From NCBI GenBank assembly GCA_964559475.1, contig CAZLHX010000001.1, forward strand, positions 49 to 64,048: a stretch of 64,000 nucleotides of DNA. The letters are read 5' to 3'. The position numbers and the translations under genes were made by a program. The notes under the pieces were generated by a model. The model was not told the origin of the DNA, made no database searches, and was given only the letters and a program-made list of their open reading frames with translations. This DNA comes from an uncultured Candidatus Bathyarchaeia archaeon (GTDB lineage Archaea; Thermoproteota; Bathyarchaeia; TCS64). Positions 20,440-29,915 of the stretch are shown in pieces; position 1 is the stretch's first letter, and each line of letters starts with the position of its first letter.

Positions 20440-20442
20440 TTT

Positions 20443-21420
20443 CTAATCCCCAGTAACTACAACATTTGCTCCAGAGTTTTTAGGTCTAGATACAAATGAA
20501 TAACCTGGTATTCCTTCCTCTTCAAAATAAACTTCTAGTTCAGCAGATAGTTTTTCCGCATGCTTCTGATCATGTGCAAGACCGTAGAAGGCTGGTCCCC
20601 ATGAACTCTGACCTGCACCATAAGCACCATTTTCCAATAAGAAATTAACCCCTTTGTAAATGAATGGATGACCGTATCGTCCTCCCTGCACCTTTACCCA
20701 GTAATCCCCAAATATAGAGTCCATCTTAGTCATGGCACTACCAAAAACCTGGATATCTTCTTCCAGTATTCCAGGTAACATGTTCAGAAGAACTGTGTGG
20801 GAGATCTTCCATACTAGTTTTTTAGGTGGAGGCTCTAAGCTTTTAAACGCGTTATTTTCATTTTTCCCGGCTACTCTTAAATTAATCTCTGGCACACCTA
20901 TTATGAAACGCCATTCTTCAGGAATGTCACATCTAAATAACATTGGTGGGATTACATCGGGTTCATCAGTCTTTCTTCCACCATCTAGAATAAAACCGCC
21001 GTGAAGGAAAAGGTAGGTTCCTATACCTGAGCGTCTACTCCTCTCAAGAATATGCGCTCCCTTTAATAAGTCAATATCTAGCCTGTATAACTTTTTGATG
21101 GCTGAGACGACTGCTAATGCTAGTTGAGTGCCTGAACCAAACCCATAATGTTCTGGTATATCGGATAAAACCTTGAATTTAACGCCACCCTGAATTCCAG
21201 TGTAATTAATTATTTCCTTTGCATTACTGATAACCCGTTCAGATCGATATCCTTCAGCAGCAATTTCATCAGACTTTTCAGCTTCCATTATTATACTAGG
21301 TTTATCTATAGCTACTCCAGCGCTCCCGTGTATTCTACCTGAATCACCCCTAAGATCGATTATCCCAAAGTGGAGCCTCGAAGGAGTAATTACTTTTACC
21401 CTCAATGTTCCCCACTCCAC
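20443..21420 (-). CDS. Beta-ribofuranosylaminobenzene 5'-phosphate (beta-RFAP) synthase, GHMP-kinase fold
   Basis: 325 aa. TPSRLHFGIIDL at the N-terminus and HYGFGSGTQLALA (GHMP motif II-like) match the MJ1427 family. Confidence 0.8.
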   Translation of the reverse strand: MEWGTLRVKVITPSRLHFGIIDLRGDSGRIHGSAGVAIDKPSIIMEAEKSDEIAAEGYRSERVISNAKEIINYTGIQGGVKFKVLSDIPEHYGFGSGTQLALAVVSAIKKLYRLDIDLLKGAHILERSRRSGIGTYLFLHGGFILDGGRKTDEPDVIPPMLFRCDIPEEWRFIIGVPEINLRVAGKNENNAFKSLEPPPKKLVWKISHTVLLNMLPGILEEDIQVFGSAMTKMDSIFGDYWVKVQGGRYGHPFIYKGVNFLLENGAYGAGQSSWGPAFYGLAHDQKHAEKLSAELEVYFEEEGIPGYSFVSRPKNSGANVVVTGD

Positions 21421-22043
21421 ACCTTCAACAGGCCCTCAATCTTATCTACAACTCTCATCTCGGGAGAATCCTCACCTGAAATTCTCTTAATCAGTCTTAT
21501 AGATTCCCAAATTTTTTCCTCTAATAGATCAGCCGTATCATACTTACCCTGTTCCTTATATGCTTTAACTCTAGTAGCATGGATCACAGCCTCAATGGCT
21601 TCCGATGTGCCTCTACTGAATACTCTTGGGTAACTGTGATATATCTTGATATCCTTCACTATATTGATAAAAGAAAAACGATCATCAGATAACTCAGAGC
21701 TTTCAAATTTCTCTAAGGATAAACTAGCCTCAGAATCCTTCAGATCGTGATCCACAAATTTAAAATCATAATTAAATTCATCTTTGAAAGCAGCAACCAG
21801 AAAAATATAGGGATCATTAATAATGTTAACGTATGAGACGTCACTACGTTGAAGGTTCTTATAAGTTCTTGATGACTTAAAGGGTTTGATCTCCATCAAA
21901 GAACCCCTAATCCATGATAATCCCATAGGCGCTGGATTAAGGGATTCATCCTCGTTTTTTGTTACCAGTATGGTTTCCACTATGCAATTCTCCCTAAATC
22001 CTAGGTCAATTATTGTATCGATTATTTGATTTTTCAAAGCCAT
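21402..22043 (-). CDS. DUF447 family protein (FMN-binding split-barrel-like), linked to the H4MPT cluster
   Basis: 213 aa. ETILVTKNEDESLNPAPMG is the characteristic DUF447 N-terminal motif. It overlaps the beta-RFAP synthase start by 19 nt. Confidence 0.6.
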   Translation of the reverse strand: MALKNQIIDTIIDLGFRENCIVETILVTKNEDESLNPAPMGLSWIRGSLMEIKPFKSSRTYKNLQRSDVSYVNIINDPYIFLVAAFKDEFNYDFKFVDHDLKDSEASLSLEKFESSELSDDRFSFINIVKDIKIYHSYPRVFSRGTSEAIEAVIHATRVKAYKEQGKYDTADLLEEKIWESIRLIKRISGEDSPEMRVVDKIEGLLKVWSGEH

Positions 22044-22087
22044 CAGCGAGCTGATTTATAACCAATTAACCATAGTTTATAAAATAT

Positions 22088-23077
22088 CTATTCATCCAAT
22101 AGACGTACAGGAAGAAGATAATCACCCTTTCTTCCCAAAACTAAACGATAGGCTATTTTATTTCCTTCCCAGACTTTCTCCAAAGTTCCTCGAGCTTCAA
22201 TAAGCTCCCCTTTTTTGACTTGCTCAGTAAATTTTCCTCTGTAACTTAATAATTCAATGGGCTCATTATCAGAGGAAATCTCCAGCATATATTTGCAGGG
22301 GGTAAATATTCCTTCACTATCATCTTTTATGGTTTTTCTAATTTTTACAACTTCAATAGGTTCACTCTTATCTGGAATATTTATGGGTTTTATTAGACGA
22401 ATAAAGTAGTCTTTATCCTCTACCCTACCGTGAAGTACTTTGTTTGTCTCAATTTCTAAGAAAAGTTTCAGATCCAGACCAGTATTAGACCATCTAGATT
22501 CTAGAACATTTTTTACCGTCTTTTTAGTATATGGTTTTAACCAATTTGAATCTAATCTAAGTTTCTTTAATGCATCATATACTCTTTTACTTTGTTCAAA
22601 CCCATACACGTTGATGTCTATATCGGAGTCTGGAGTATGCATGTCTATCAATATTGATCCTGTGATTCCAAAGCATTCTAGAGGAACCTCGCTTTCCTCG
22701 TTTAATGCATAAACAATTTTTCTTAAAATCTTGATTGGTTTTTGGTTGGAAGTATCAATTATTTCTTTTAACTTTTCTCTGGGCTTGTATATCTTCTTGA
22801 TATTGCTTATGGGAACTGATTGTGTGGTAATTCCAAGTCTTGGTATATAGGATAGGTAATGAGGATAATTTTTTTCAAGAAATCTTTTGGTTTTAACTAG
22901 GTTGTATACCCGTTTATACCTAGAAGTATTCTTGACTCTATCACCCCCTTTGTCTGGAATGTATCTAAGGACGGATAGAACTTTATCTTCTGGATGAAAC
23001 ATTCCTTTTACAGTGAAATATAATCCCTCAGAGGTTTCGATATAGTCTCCTTCTTGAAAATGGTTCGGGTCAGACAA
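22088..23077 (-). CDS. Pol-beta superfamily nucleotidyltransferase-like protein, paralog 1 (N-terminal domain, NTase core, beta-rich C-terminal domain)
   Basis: 329 aa. The intact NTase signature is GITGSILIDMHTPDSDIDINVYG. It is a clear paralog of 32566..33591, with shared DYIETSEGLYF/DFIETKEGLLF and KKIYKPREKL/KQYYKPKERL. Confidence 0.6.
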   Translation of the reverse strand: MSDPNHFQEGDYIETSEGLYFTVKGMFHPEDKVLSVLRYIPDKGGDRVKNTSRYKRVYNLVKTKRFLEKNYPHYLSYIPRLGITTQSVPISNIKKIYKPREKLKEIIDTSNQKPIKILRKIVYALNEESEVPLECFGITGSILIDMHTPDSDIDINVYGFEQSKRVYDALKKLRLDSNWLKPYTKKTVKNVLESRWSNTGLDLKLFLEIETNKVLHGRVEDKDYFIRLIKPINIPDKSEPIEVVKIRKTIKDDSEGIFTPCKYMLEISSDNEPIELLSYRGKFTEQVKKGELIEARGTLEKVWEGNKIAYRLVLGRKGDYLLPVRLLDE

Positions 23078-23153
23078 GCTGAGTAACTGAAATCTTTCCT
23101 GGTTTAATACGTTTATCCAAAATGTGATATTAATAGTAATATTAAGTTAGATC

Positions 23154-24089
23154 ATGCTGGCAATAGAGGCTGGAGATTATGTAAGTAGATGTCATAGTTT
23201 GGCATCATTACTAGAGGTATCAGCTTATCCTAAACCGGGGAACGTGCATCGAACCAGAGATTCTGAAGATACATTTTTTGAGCATTTCCTCGCAGGAAGT
23301 ATAGCTACAACCCCAGCGATCAGAGACCTTGCAACAAGAGCATACAAAGTAAATGATAGTCATTATGGTGAAATTTTCCTAGGAGAGGCTATTCTCAGAT
23401 CAGTACAAGAAATGATGAAATGGCAAAATGGGGGGAATGTACATCTTGGGATTATTCTACTTCATGCGCCCATAGCAGCAGCTGCGGGAGCCATATATAA
23501 GAAAAAGGGAGTTGAAACAGAACTTCGAAATAAAATAGGTGAAATAATTAGATATTCTCAACCTGAGGACTCGGTAAAGATCTATCAAGCTATAAGACTT
23601 GCAATGACAGCGAGAGTTCTTGGTACCATGCAGGAGATGGACGTCACAGACGTCTCTACAAATGAAAAGATAATTGAAGATAATATAGCTCCTCTAGAGG
23701 TATTTGAACTATGCTCGGAAAGAGATGATATTTGTAGTGAGTGGGTATCCAATTTTGAAATCACTTTTACAGAAGGATATTCTTACCTTTCTAATCTTTT
23801 AAATGATGGATTAAAAATAAATGAGGCGGTTATCAAGACTTTTCTATATATATTATCCAAGCATTCCGATTCTCTTATTATTAGGAAAAGTGGGGAAAAA
23901 GAAGCAAAAAGAATTTCGAGGAAAGCGGAAAAATTGTTGAAAATTTCGGATAAAGGAGAATTTCTTACTGAAATTTGGAAGATGGACGAGGAACTATGGA
24001 GAAGCAAGGGTAAATTAAATCCTGGTACTACTGCTGATCTAGTCTCAGCTGCGATCTTTGTCCTTCTTTTAAGGGGATGGAGACCCTGA
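23154..24089 (+). CDS. CitG/MdcB-like triphosphoribosyl-dephospho-CoA synthase family protein
   Basis: 311 aa. AYPKPGNVHR lies near the N-terminus and NPGTTADL near the C-terminus. Both are CitG-family hallmarks. Confidence 0.75.
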   Translation: MLAIEAGDYVSRCHSLASLLEVSAYPKPGNVHRTRDSEDTFFEHFLAGSIATTPAIRDLATRAYKVNDSHYGEIFLGEAILRSVQEMMKWQNGGNVHLGIILLHAPIAAAAGAIYKKKGVETELRNKIGEIIRYSQPEDSVKIYQAIRLAMTARVLGTMQEMDVTDVSTNEKIIEDNIAPLEVFELCSERDDICSEWVSNFEITFTEGYSYLSNLLNDGLKINEAVIKTFLYILSKHSDSLIIRKSGEKEAKRISRKAEKLLKISDKGEFLTEIWKMDEELWRSKGKLNPGTTADLVSAAIFVLLLRGWRP

Positions 24090-24578
24090 GCCAAAAATCT
24101 CTTCTATCAACTCACTACATTTACTCTGTTTAGTAGCTTGAACATATCTTAGATAATGAGGATACATACTCATCCACTCTTTCACACCTTTATCGGTGAT
24201 ATAGCCTTTGAGTTTCCCATTTTCGGTAACTGCTAGGCTATTGATATCGAATTTTGTCATGATGTCGAATGCTTCCTCGATTGTGTTCCCCATATTAATA
24301 GTTATCACCGGGGTGCAAATCAGATTCTCTACTTTAATCTTATCCCTGGGTAAGTCTGATTCTGCTAGCCATTTTAATACATCAAACATATTGAAACATC
24401 CAACAGGTTCACCGTCTTCCAGGGCAACGATATCTCCGTGATAGTTTTCCTGTACAGTTGTAATGACTTCTACTAAGTTCTGAGTAATTTCAGCGGTTGG
24501 AACAGTTTTATCCATAAGTACGCGGCATGGAAGCTTGCAGAACTCAGGATCTAACACCCGGTTTACCATTGAGATCAA
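24069..24578 (-). CDS. CBS-domain pair protein
   Basis: 169 aa with two CBS-like repeats (VALEDGEPVGCFNMFDVL, AVTENGKLKGYITDKGV). It converges on the CitG-like gene and overlaps it by 21 nt. Confidence 0.7.
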   Translation of the reverse strand: MISMVNRVLDPEFCKLPCRVLMDKTVPTAEITQNLVEVITTVQENYHGDIVALEDGEPVGCFNMFDVLKWLAESDLPRDKIKVENLICTPVITINMGNTIEEAFDIMTKFDINSLAVTENGKLKGYITDKGVKEWMSMYPHYLRYVQATKQSKCSELIEEIFGSGSPSP

Positions 24579-24697
24579 TATATAAAATATATATGTGAGT
24601 ATTTTAAGTTTTAAGTTACCCAGTTTCAGTACTTTTAAGTTACGAAAATTTTAATAAAATCTATTAAAAGGAAGATTTAGATATTAACTGATGGAAG

Positions 24698-25210
24698 ATG
24701 AGTTTTGAGAAAAAGATCCTTTACATCGAGAGTAAAGGTAATGAAAAGATAGCAGATTTGATTCTTGAACGTCTAGAGGAACATGATCTAAATACAGTTG
24801 TTATAGGTAGCGGTAAAGGAAAATCAGCATTAACTATCGCAGATGTGCTGAAAGACAGAGCAAAAATACTCAGTATAACAGAGTTCACATACAGTGACTC
24901 CTTAAAAAAAGATATGAAAAAGAAAAATGTAACACCTCTAGAAAAAGTAGACTTACCAATTCAGGACGAGCGGGAGATGAGGGAAACATTGCTGATGTTT
25001 GGCTCAGGGGTAAAAGCCGCACTGGAAGTTGCACGAATAGCGGTGATTCATGGATTGGAGGATGAAAAATTTATCACAGTAGCAGGAGCGGGACCGGGAC
25101 TTGACACAGCTCTCCTAGTAGATATGAATCACCCTGAAAAAGAGATGATAACAGATCCGAAGAAACAAATGCTCATTAAAGAAGTTATTGCCCTTAAAAG
25201 ATATGAGTAG
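24698..25210 (+). CDS. Hypothetical alpha/beta protein, possibly pyruvate-kinase C-terminal-domain-like
   Basis: 170-aa ORF. The resemblance to standalone PK_C-like proteins is only weak. It is a real gene by coding density. Confidence 0.3.
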   Translation: MSFEKKILYIESKGNEKIADLILERLEEHDLNTVVIGSGKGKSALTIADVLKDRAKILSITEFTYSDSLKKDMKKKNVTPLEKVDLPIQDEREMRETLLMFGSGVKAALEVARIAVIHGLEDEKFITVAGAGPGLDTALLVDMNHPEKEMITDPKKQMLIKEVIALKRYE

Positions 25211-25218
25211 GGAATTAA

Positions 25219-25515
25219 ATGTCAGATAAATTAAGTAAAACTATTTCAGACTCCTTAGAGGAGACGAAGGAACGGCACAAAAAGTATCTCAGAGCAATGA
25301 GCAACCCAATTAGAAGAGATATTATTCGCGCAATCAGAGAAGGATCAAACACAATCGACGAACTCGAAAAACAACTAGACACCGACTCAAAAACACTAAG
25401 ATGGCACATAAAGATACTTGAGGACGGTTACTGTCTAGAAATAAAACTGGTCGATGGCATTGAAAACTTTGTAGTAACAGAAGAAGGCGATGTAGTAGAT
25501 TACATTGAAGGTTAA
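25219..25515 (+). CDS. ArsR/SmtB-like winged-helix transcriptional regulator
   Basis: 98 aa. AMSNPIRRDIIRAIREGSNTIDELEKQLDTDSKTLRWHIKILEDG is a typical ArsR HTH. Confidence 0.65.
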   Translation: MSDKLSKTISDSLEETKERHKKYLRAMSNPIRRDIIRAIREGSNTIDELEKQLDTDSKTLRWHIKILEDGYCLEIKLVDGIENFVVTEEGDVVDYIEG

Positions 25516-25561
25516 CAATTTAGATCAATATTTTAAATAGTTTATTTACCGAATTGTAACC
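25510..25561. promoter_or_regulatory. Imperfect inverted repeat (ggttaacaatt ... aattgtaacc) bracketing the TATA-like ttttaaatag, just upstream of mch
   Basis: Read from the sequence. The arms are 25510-25520 and 25552-25561, with one bulged base. The repeat ends 10 nt before the mch ATG. Confidence 0.3.
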
Positions 25562-25571
25562 GTGTAGGGTT

Positions 25572-26522
25572 ATGTTAAGTATAAACAAGTTGTCTTATAA
25601 GATAGTTAAGAAATTAATCGATGCCCCTGAATATTACCGAGTTAATGTTGAGGAACTCTCCTCAGGCGCAACAATCATTGATACTGGTCTTGAAGCCCAT
25701 GGAGGATATGAGGCCGGATTGATGACTACAAAGATAGCAATGGGAGGAGCAGGAACAGCCACACTAGGTTACCATGAATATGATAAATTGAACCTTCCCA
25801 CAGTTGTAATATCCACCGACCACCCAGCAGTATCACTATTTGGAGCTCAGTTAGCAGGATGGAGAATAAAAGCTGGTGATTACCGAGCTGATGGATCGGG
25901 TCCCGCTAGAGCCTTGGCCTTGAAACCCAAAGAAGTGTATGAGAAAATCCAGTATCAAGATGAAGCGGATGTAGCAGTAATCTTACTGGAAACTGAGGAG
26001 AAACCACCAGACGAGGCTGCCTATTATATAGCAGATAGGTGTGGAGTCGAACCCAATAATGTCTACATGGTTCTTACAAACACAACATCCCTTGCAGGGA
26101 TGGTACAGATCTCAGGACGTATAGTGGAGACGGGTTTGTTCAGGTTAGATGTTCTAGGATTAGATCTTAAGAAGGTAAAGTATGGTGCAGGTTATGCGCC
26201 TGTTATGCCTGTTCATGTAGACTCAGGTAAAGCTATGGGTCGTGCTGAAGATGCTTTAACTTACGGAGGAGTAACCAGCTATATCATAGATGAATCAGAG
26301 TATAAACTGGAGGAAATAGCAAATAAAGCACCCTCAACAAACTGTGTAGATTATGGGAAGACGAGTTACGAGATATATAAAGCTGTAGACTTTGATTTTA
26401 CGAAAATTGATCCAGCCCTATTCGCTCCCGCTGCAATTTCAATAACGTGCTCTGAAACTGGAAAAACTTTCACTCGTGGAGAGGTAAATACAGAGATAAT
26501 CAAAAACTCAGCAAAGGAGTAA
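25572..26522 (+). CDS. mch: Methenyl-tetrahydromethanopterin cyclohydrolase
   Basis: 316 aa. The sequence is collinear with Mch (GATIIDTGLEAHGG, HPAVSLFGAQLAGW, DGSGPARALA). Confidence 0.9.
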   Translation: MLSINKLSYKIVKKLIDAPEYYRVNVEELSSGATIIDTGLEAHGGYEAGLMTTKIAMGGAGTATLGYHEYDKLNLPTVVISTDHPAVSLFGAQLAGWRIKAGDYRADGSGPARALALKPKEVYEKIQYQDEADVAVILLETEEKPPDEAAYYIADRCGVEPNNVYMVLTNTTSLAGMVQISGRIVETGLFRLDVLGLDLKKVKYGAGYAPVMPVHVDSGKAMGRAEDALTYGGVTSYIIDESEYKLEEIANKAPSTNCVDYGKTSYEIYKAVDFDFTKIDPALFAPAAISITCSETGKTFTRGEVNTEIIKNSAKE

Positions 26523-26536
26523 ACGGAGGATAATCT

Positions 26537-26932
26537 GTGAAAAAAATTGATGTAACATTAATTTCAGGAAGAACAACACAGCAAGGCGTAGGTCTTGAAG
26601 AGGGAAAAACATCTGAAGCGTATACAAAAAGTGTAGATTATATTGAATTGAACTCATCTGATGCTGAAAAACTTGGTTTAAAAGAAGAATACCTGGTCAA
26701 AGTATCGAATGAAAACGGCTCAGTAGTCCTAAAATGGAAAAAAACAGATGGACTAGACTCTGGGATAGCGTTTATCCCCTACGGTCCTTGGGCTAACCAG
26801 TTATTCGGTTACGAGACTGAGAGCACCGGTATGCCCTGGTTCAAAGGAATACCAGCGCTAATTGAAGGAGAATCCAAAGAAAATATGCTCACTCTACAAG
26901 AAATTGTAGAATCTTTCAGGAGTGGAAAATAG
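26537..26932 (+). CDS. fwdD: Formylmethanofuran dehydrogenase subunit D
   Basis: 131 aa with a molybdopterin-dinucleotide-binding beta-barrel (LISGRTTQQG...). GTG start. The stop overlaps the fwdB start (taGTG). Confidence 0.85.
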   Translation: MKKIDVTLISGRTTQQGVGLEEGKTSEAYTKSVDYIELNSSDAEKLGLKEEYLVKVSNENGSVVLKWKKTDGLDSGIAFIPYGPWANQLFGYETESTGMPWFKGIPALIEGESKENMLTLQEIVESFRSGK

Positions 26933-28209
26933 TGCAAATAGTAACAGATATTGTATGTCCTTTTTGTGGATGCCTTTGTGATGATCTTGAGGCTACAATA
27001 GAAAACAACCATATCTCTAAGATAAAGAACGCTTGTGCAATTTCACGTTCTAAATTCTTAAATCATAGTAAAAACAGGCTGAATTCACCGACAATCGATG
27101 GTGAAAAAGTCTCACTAGAAAAAGCGCTGGATGCAGCTGCTGATATATTATCCACGTCTAGACGTCCCTTGATATATGGTCTGAGTTCTACTGAGTGTGA
27201 AGCCATAGGGAAAGCCGTAGAAATCTCAGAATTAACAGGAGGAGTTATAGATAATACTTCTTCGGTTTGCCACGGTCCAACAATTTTAGCTCTACAACAG
27301 GTAGGCGAATCAAAGACTACTCTTGGGGAAGTCAAAAATCGGAGCGATCTTATTATCTTCTGGGGTAGCAACCCAACTCAAGCTCATCTACGTCATTTGC
27401 TTAGATATTCAGGTATTTCTAAGGGTCTCTATACCTCAGAGGGAAGAAAAAAACGCTTCATTATAGCTGTTGATATACGAGAAACTGCTACCGCAAAGAT
27501 GGCTGACCAGTTCATAAAGATCAAACCTAACAAAGACTTTGAATTATTACAGGCTCTCTCAGCAGCAGTGAGAGGATATGAAGTTCCTGATGTAGCAGGG
27601 GTAAGCAAAGATGAAATTATGGAACTAGCCGATAGAATGAAAAATGCAAAAGTTGGGATAGTTTTCTTCGGACTTGGTCTAACCCAAAGCAAGGGTAGAC
27701 ACATGAATATTGATGCAGCTGTTATGTTGGTTGCAGAGCTAAACCATCACACAAAGTTTCTGTTAACCCCCATGAGAGGTCATTATAACGTTGCGGGTGC
27801 AAACACAGTTACCACATGGCAGACGGGTTATCCGTATGCCGTGGATTTCAGTAGAGGATACCCGAGATACAATCCAGGAGAGTATACCTCGATAGATCTA
27901 TTGGCTAAGGGTGAAGTAGATGCTGCTTTAATAATAGCATCTGATCCAGTCTCAACTTTCCCAGCAAACGTAGTAAGGGAATTAGTCAAGATCCCAGTTA
28001 TTACATTGGATCATAAGATTTCCCCCACCACCATGTTAAGTAAAGTTGCTTTACCAGTAGCCACTGCGGGAATAGAAGGCGAAGGAACAGCTTACAGGAT
28101 GGATGGAGTCCCATTAAGATTGAGTAAATTATTGGAACCGGAAGAGGGAGTAAAAACTGATGCAGAGCTTCTTGATATGATCATTGAGAGAATTGGAGGA
28201 AAAAGATAA
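26932..28209 (+). CDS. fwdB: Formylmethanofuran dehydrogenase subunit B (Cys-type active site)
   Basis: 425 aa. The N-terminal cluster motif is CPFCGCLCDD. The active-site motif is SSVCHGP, with TGC at 27268-27270. Confidence 0.9.
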   Translation: MQIVTDIVCPFCGCLCDDLEATIENNHISKIKNACAISRSKFLNHSKNRLNSPTIDGEKVSLEKALDAAADILSTSRRPLIYGLSSTECEAIGKAVEISELTGGVIDNTSSVCHGPTILALQQVGESKTTLGEVKNRSDLIIFWGSNPTQAHLRHLLRYSGISKGLYTSEGRKKRFIIAVDIRETATAKMADQFIKIKPNKDFELLQALSAAVRGYEVPDVAGVSKDEIMELADRMKNAKVGIVFFGLGLTQSKGRHMNIDAAVMLVAELNHHTKFLLTPMRGHYNVAGANTVTTWQTGYPYAVDFSRGYPRYNPGEYTSIDLLAKGEVDAALIIASDPVSTFPANVVRELVKIPVITLDHKISPTTMLSKVALPVATAGIEGEGTAYRMDGVPLRLSKLLEPEEGVKTDAELLDMIIERIGGKR

Positions 28210-29915
28210 TGTCAGATATTATAATCAAAGGGGGAGTGGTCTTCGATCCCTTAAATAATGTAAACGGAGAGTTAAAAGAAATTTACATAAAAGAGGGAAA
28301 AGTAGCAGAGGAATTTCCAGAAAATAAGGCGAAGGTCATCGACGCTAAAGGTATGACGGTTATGCCTGGAGGAGTAGATCTCCATAGCCACATAGCGGGT
28401 AGTAAGATTAACATCGGGAGATTGATGAGACCCGAAGACCACCGAAAGGACCCTGTTCCAAGAAGCATAAATACAAGATCCGGGGTCGGATACAGCTGTC
28501 CCTCCACATTCGTAACCGGCTACAGGTATGCTCAAATGGGTTACACCACCGTGATGGAGGCAGCAATGCCGCCCCTAGGAGCGAGACATGTACATGAGGA
28601 ATTAAATGATACACCAATTATTGATAAGGCAGCCTTTACCCTGTTTGGGAACAATTACTTCGTATTAAAATACATTAAAGAAGGAGACAAAGATAAACTC
28701 AAAGCATTCATCGCCTGGCTTCTCCGAGCCACCCGCGGCTATGCAGTGAAAATTGTAAACCCTGGAGGGGTAGAACACTGGAAATGGGGACGGAACGTCG
28801 AGGGATTAGATACACCCATAGAGAACTATGAGATAACCCCTAGAGAAGTAATAACAAGTTTAGCTGAATCAAACGAAGAGCTAGGGCTGCCTCACACAAT
28901 ACATCTACACTGTAATAATCTGGGTGTACCTGGCAATTATGAAACAACCATTGAGACAATTGACACAGTGAAAGGTATAAAACCGAAAAAAGGTCGTGAG
29001 GCCAGTGTTCATATTGTCCACTGCCAGTTCAACGCCTTAGATGGAGAAAACTGGATGAATCTCAAATCTGGAGCATCGAAAATTTCAAAATACGTGAACG
29101 GAAAATCCCATGTTACGCTGGATCTGGGTCAGGTTATTTTCACAGACACAACCACAATGACTGGAGATGGACCTTGGCAGTTCAGATTATGGGAACTTAC
29201 AGGAAATAAATGGGTAAACAGCGACGTCGAAATGGAGGCCGGTGCAGGCGTGGTACCCTATACCTTCAAGAAAAACAATCCAGCGAACGCAATCCAGTGG
29301 GCAATAGGCTTGGAACTCGCTTTACTAATAAAAGATCCATGGAAAGTATACATGACTACAGATCACCCCAATGGTGGACCCTTCTACTATTATCCAAAGG
29401 TTATCTCCTGGCTCATGAGCCGTAAATCAAGAACGGAGACTATGCTTGAATCAAATAAAGCTTGTATAAGAAAAACAACACTAGATGGAAGTTACAGAGA
29501 ATACACATTTAATGATATAGCGATCGTGACGAGAGCAGCCACAGCAAAAGTACTTGGACTTGTAAACAAAGGACATTTAGGAATAGGAGCAGACGGGGAC
29601 GTTAGTATTTACAAGATTAACCCAAAAACATGGAGACCAAGTAAATTTAAGGAGCTTGAGAAGGCTTTCAGTAGCGCAGCTTACACAATTAAAAATGGAG
29701 ACATTGTGGTAAAGGATGGTGAAGTTTATTCAACTTCTCTTGGGTCAACCTTCTGGGCAGACGCGGAGATTCCCGAAGGGCTAGAAAGTGAATTAGTCAA
29801 AGAACTTGAGGAGGATTTCAGCAAGTATTATACCGTGAACTTCAGGAATTACCCTGTGGAGGAGGCTTACTTACCGACTCAGATACCTGTTGAAGCTAAG
29901 GGAGGTAAATGGTGA
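28209..29915 (+). CDS. fwdA: Formylmethanofuran dehydrogenase subunit A (amidohydrolase)
   Basis: 568 aa. GGVDLHSHI is the metal motif. Length and context fit. The start overlaps the fwdB stop (taATG). Confidence 0.9.
   Translation: MSDIIIKGGVVFDPLNNVNGELKEIYIKEGKVAEEFPENKAKVIDAKGMTVMPGGVDLHSHIAGSKINIGRLMRPEDHRKDPVPRSINTRSGVGYSCPSTFVTGYRYAQMGYTTVMEAAMPPLGARHVHEELNDTPIIDKAAFTLFGNNYFVLKYIKEGDKDKLKAFIAWLLRATRGYAVKIVNPGGVEHWKWGRNVEGLDTPIENYEITPREVITSLAESNEELGLPHTIHLHCNNLGVPGNYETTIETIDTVKGIKPKKGREASVHIVHCQFNALDGENWMNLKSGASKISKYVNGKSHVTLDLGQVIFTDTTTMTGDGPWQFRLWELTGNKWVNSDVEMEAGAGVVPYTFKKNNPANAIQWAIGLELALLIKDPWKVYMTTDHPNGGPFYYYPKVISWLMSRKSRTETMLESNKACIRKTTLDGSYREYTFNDIAIVTRAATAKVLGLVNKGHLGIGADGDVSIYKINPKTWRPSKFKELEKAFSSAAYTIKNGDIVVKDGEVYSTSLGSTFWADAEIPEGLESELVKELEEDFSKYYTVNFRNYPVEEAYLPTQIPVEAKGGKW

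Noticed and set aside
22088-23077. Possible identity of the NTase paralogs with tRNA(Ile2) agmatidine synthetase TiaS or the CCA-adding enzyme.
   Set aside because: The N-terminal sequence does not resemble the TiaS kinase-like domain as I recall it. The length and motif layout do not fit class I CCA enzymes. I left the proteins as an uncharacterised NTase family.
27268-27270. A possible selenocysteine in FwdB.
   Set aside because: The active-site position is encoded by TGC (Cys). There is no in-frame TGA anywhere in the fwd genes.
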